Below, in pieces: positions 13,540 through 15,742 of a stretch of DNA of 15,742 nt. The stretch covers positions 617,444 to 633,185 of the forward strand of contig MCBF01000001.1 of assembly GCA_001742785.1 (NCBI GenBank), given 5' to 3'. A model generated the notes under the pieces. It did not search any database. It saw nothing but the letters and a program-made list of their open reading frames with translations, and was not told the origin of the DNA. This stretch comes from Candidatus Altiarchaeales archaeon IMC4 (GTDB lineage Archaea; Altiarchaeota; Altiarchaeia; IMC4). The stretch's first letter is position 1. Every line of letters starts with the position of its first letter. The position numbers were made by a program, and so were the translations under genes.

Positions 13540-15742
13540 ATGCTAACAAAACAGAAGCTCAAATCGGATTTCGCGAAGGACTGGAAGAAGCAGTACGAGG
13601 TTGAGTTGTTCGCCGAAAAAGGATTCACTCGAAAAACCTGCCCCAAATGCGGCAAGAACTTCTGGACGCTCGACGGCGAGCGCGAACTCTGCGGCGACCC
13701 CCCCTGCGAAACGTACGGATTCATAAACAATACCATAACCTGCGGCAAGTGGGATTACATCGAGACTTGGAGGATGTTCGAGAAGTTCTTCAAAAAGGAT
13801 GGCCATACCTCGATTCCCCGCTACCCCGTGGTTGACCGCTGGCGGCCCGATCTGTTTTTCACGATGGCATCGATCCAGGACTTCCAGCGGATAGAAAAGG
13901 GCAACATGGTTTTTCAGTATCCGGCAAACCCCCTGATTGTCCCGCAGGTCTGCCTCAGGTTCAACGACATCCCGAACGTCGGCGTAACCGGCAGGCACCT
14001 GACCTCATTCATAATGAGCGGCCAGCACGCTTTTAACAAGCCGGGCGAGGGCTACTTCAAGGACCGCTGCATCGACCTGAACTTCAAATTCCTTAACAGT
14101 GTCATGGGCATCCCCGAAACCGAGCTGACCTATATCGAAGATGTCTGGGCGATGCCGGACTTCTCCGCGTTCGGGCCGAACCTTGAGACGATGTCGCGCG
14201 GGCTTGAATTAGTGAACTCTGTCTTTATGCAGTTTCAGGCAATCGGCACGGGAGCCAATTACAAAGAACTCCCGATGCGCGTGATAGACGTCGGATGGGG
14301 GCATGAGAGATTGGTCTGGTTCTCAAACGGCACGCCCGCTTCGTATGACTGCCTTTTCGGGCCGGTAACCGAAAGGATGAAGAAGGGCTCCGGCATCGAG
14401 ATAGACCCGGGGGTATTCGACAAATATTCGGTGATGGCCGGAAACCTCGACCTTGATTCGGTGAGTGATATCGAGTCTGCTAAGCGCAATATCGCAAACC
14501 AAATCGGCGTAAGCGCTGAAGAACTCAAAAAAATCGTCGAACCGATGCAGGCGCTTTACGCCGTAGCAGACCACACACGCTCGCTTTTGTTTGCAATCGC
14601 TGACGGCGGGATTCCGTCAAACGTCGGCGGCGGCTATAACCTGCGGATAATTCTCAGGCGCGCGCTTGGTTTCATCAACGAGTACGACTTCGATTTCAGT
14701 TTGACAGATATTGCCGAACAACATGCCCGCTACCTGAAACCGATGTTCCCGGAGCTTTCCGCAAGCATTGACGACATGGAAAAGATAATCGGTATAGAGG
14801 CCGAAAGGTACGAGAAGACCCGGGTCAGCGCGCGCAAGGTAGTCCTGAAGGAACTATCAAAGACCTCTCATTTTTCTGACGATCACCTGGCCAAGTTGTA
14901 CGAATCGCAGGGCATAACCCCGGAGCTGGTGGAAGAGGTCGCCTCTGAGGCCGGCATGGACGTTGAAGTCCCCGGCGACTTTTACGTGCGGCTGACTGAT
15001 AAGCACCAGTTCGCGAAGAAGGAAGAGGAGAAAATCGGTGTGGACGTTTCAGGCATCCAAAAAACCGAGATTTTGTATTACGATAATCCTGAAATGCTGG
15101 AGTTTGACGCAAAAGTCCTGAATGTCATTGACGGCTGGGCGATACTCGACATGACCCTGTTCTACGCGGAAGGCGGGGGGCAGGCGTCTGACATCGGCAC
15201 TCTCGGTGGCGCGAATGTTACGGACGTGCAGAGGATCGGGGACGTTGTTTTGCACAAAGTGGACAAACCAATAGCGGGCGCGCAAATGTCCGATGGACAT
15301 TCGGCTCCCCGAAGTGATTCGCACATTCGGGGCGCAGTCCACGGGAAAATAGACCCTGACCGGCGCACAATCCTCTCGCAGATGCACACCGGTATCCACA
15401 TAATAAACGCCGCTGCAAGGCAGGTGCTTGGAAAGCACGTCTGGCAGAACTCCGCGGCAAAAACGCCCGAAAAGGCGCGCATTGACATAACCCACTACAG
15501 CGCGATAACGGGGCAGGAAGAGAAGGCGATAGAAAAAAGGGCGAATGAAATCGTAAAGGAGAACCACCCCGTGAGGAGTTTCTTCATGGGCCGCGGGCAG
15601 GCGGAAGAGAAGTACGGCTTCACGATTTACCAGGGTGGGGGCCCGGCAGGAAGCAGCCTGCGGATAATTGAAATCCCCGGAATCGACGTCGAGGCGTGCG
15701 GCGGGACGCACGTGAAAACGACGGGCGAAGTCGGCGAAATAA
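13540..15742 (+). CDS. alaS: Alanine--tRNA ligase, archaeal type (3' end outside the window)
   Basis: Missing from the ORF track because there is no stop in the window. MLTKQKLKSDFAKDWKKQYEVELFAEKGFTRKTCPKCGKNFWT...CGDPPC (archaeal N-terminal Zn motif), RYPVVDRWRPDLFFTMASIQDFQ, CLRFNDIPNVGVTGRH, PSNVGGGYNLR, FYAEGGGQASD, and editing motifs HTGIH and EACGGTHV. Confidence 0.97.
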   Translation, partial: MLTKQKLKSDFAKDWKKQYEVELFAEKGFTRKTCPKCGKNFWTLDGERELCGDPPCETYGFINNTITCGKWDYIETWRMFEKFFKKDGHTSIPRYPVVDRWRPDLFFTMASIQDFQRIEKGNMVFQYPANPLIVPQVCLRFNDIPNVGVTGRHLTSFIMSGQHAFNKPGEGYFKDRCIDLNFKFLNSVMGIPETELTYIEDVWAMPDFSAFGPNLETMSRGLELVNSVFMQFQAIGTGANYKELPMRVIDVGWGHERLVWFSNGTPASYDCLFGPVTERMKKGSGIEIDPGVFDKYSVMAGNLDLDSVSDIESAKRNIANQIGVSAEELKKIVEPMQALYAVADHTRSLLFAIADGGIPSNVGGGYNLRIILRRALGFINEYDFDFSLTDIAEQHARYLKPMFPELSASIDDMEKIIGIEAERYEKTRVSARKVVLKELSKTSHFSDDHLAKLYESQGITPELVEEVASEAGMDVEVPGDFYVRLTDKHQFAKKEEEKIGVDVSGIQKTEILYYDNPEMLEFDAKVLNVIDGWAILDMTLFYAEGGGQASDIGTLGGANVTDVQRIGDVVLHKVDKPIAGAQMSDGHSAPRSDSHIRGAVHGKIDPDRRTILSQMHTGIHIINAAARQVLGKHVWQNSAAKTPEKARIDITHYSAITGQEEKAIEKRANEIVKENHPVRSFFMGRGQAEEKYGFTIYQGGGPAGSSLRIIEIPGIDVEACGGTHVKTTGEVGEI
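15282..15335 (+). mobile_element. Putative in-frame palindromic insertion in alaS (double-hairpin element E5)
   Basis: GCA-AATGTCC gat GGACATT-CG-GCT-CCCCGAA-GTG attcg CAC-A-TTCGGGG, bracketed by GGGCGC direct repeats at 15276-15281 and 15330-15335, exactly 54 bp apart. Confidence 0.6.

Noticed and set aside
13543..15711. Minus-strand ORFs (e.g. 13543-13998, 15049-15711)
   Set aside because: They are antisense shadows of alaS, which occupies the + strand with clear AlaRS motifs.
15740..15742. Terminal TAA as the alaS stop codon
   Set aside because: It is out of frame (codons read GAA ATA A..), and the C-terminal AlaRS region is still missing, so the gene continues past the window.

Overview
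Archaeal chromosomal segment. The archaeal ribosomal proteins, archaeal-type AlaRS, PurP family enzyme and TATA promoters show this; the lineage cannot be fixed from this window, and Altiarchaeota/DPANN-like is only a guess. Left end (- strand): a 1393-aa Cys-rich, membrane-anchored surface protein translationally coupled to a truncated multipass membrane protein that may be VirB6/TrbL/CedA-like. Next come a PurP-family ligase, a secreted GATase/GIFT-like protein, the rpl7ae-rps28e-rpl24e-ndk-rps19e-PDCD5 operon (-), prefoldin beta, a ZIP transporter with a perfect 13-2-13 palindrome over its promoter, endonuclease III coupled to a stand-alone LigD 3'-phosphoesterase, an iron-sulfur flavoprotein, and alaS, which runs off the right end. 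Two signals are not explained by the gene annotation. (1) A family of ~50-55 nt double-hairpin elements with a conserved scaffold (GC-stemA-G[G/A]T[A/G]TCC-stemB-bulge-GGA) but different stem sequences. They occur three times in an intergenic hairpin array, once in the rpl7ae leader, and once as an apparent in-frame 54-bp insertion in alaS flanked by 6-bp direct repeats. (2) Three tandem, diverged copies of the alaS 5' end, separated by a lower-GC cargo gene and a hairpin cluster, suggesting repeated recombinational gene capture at the alaS start.
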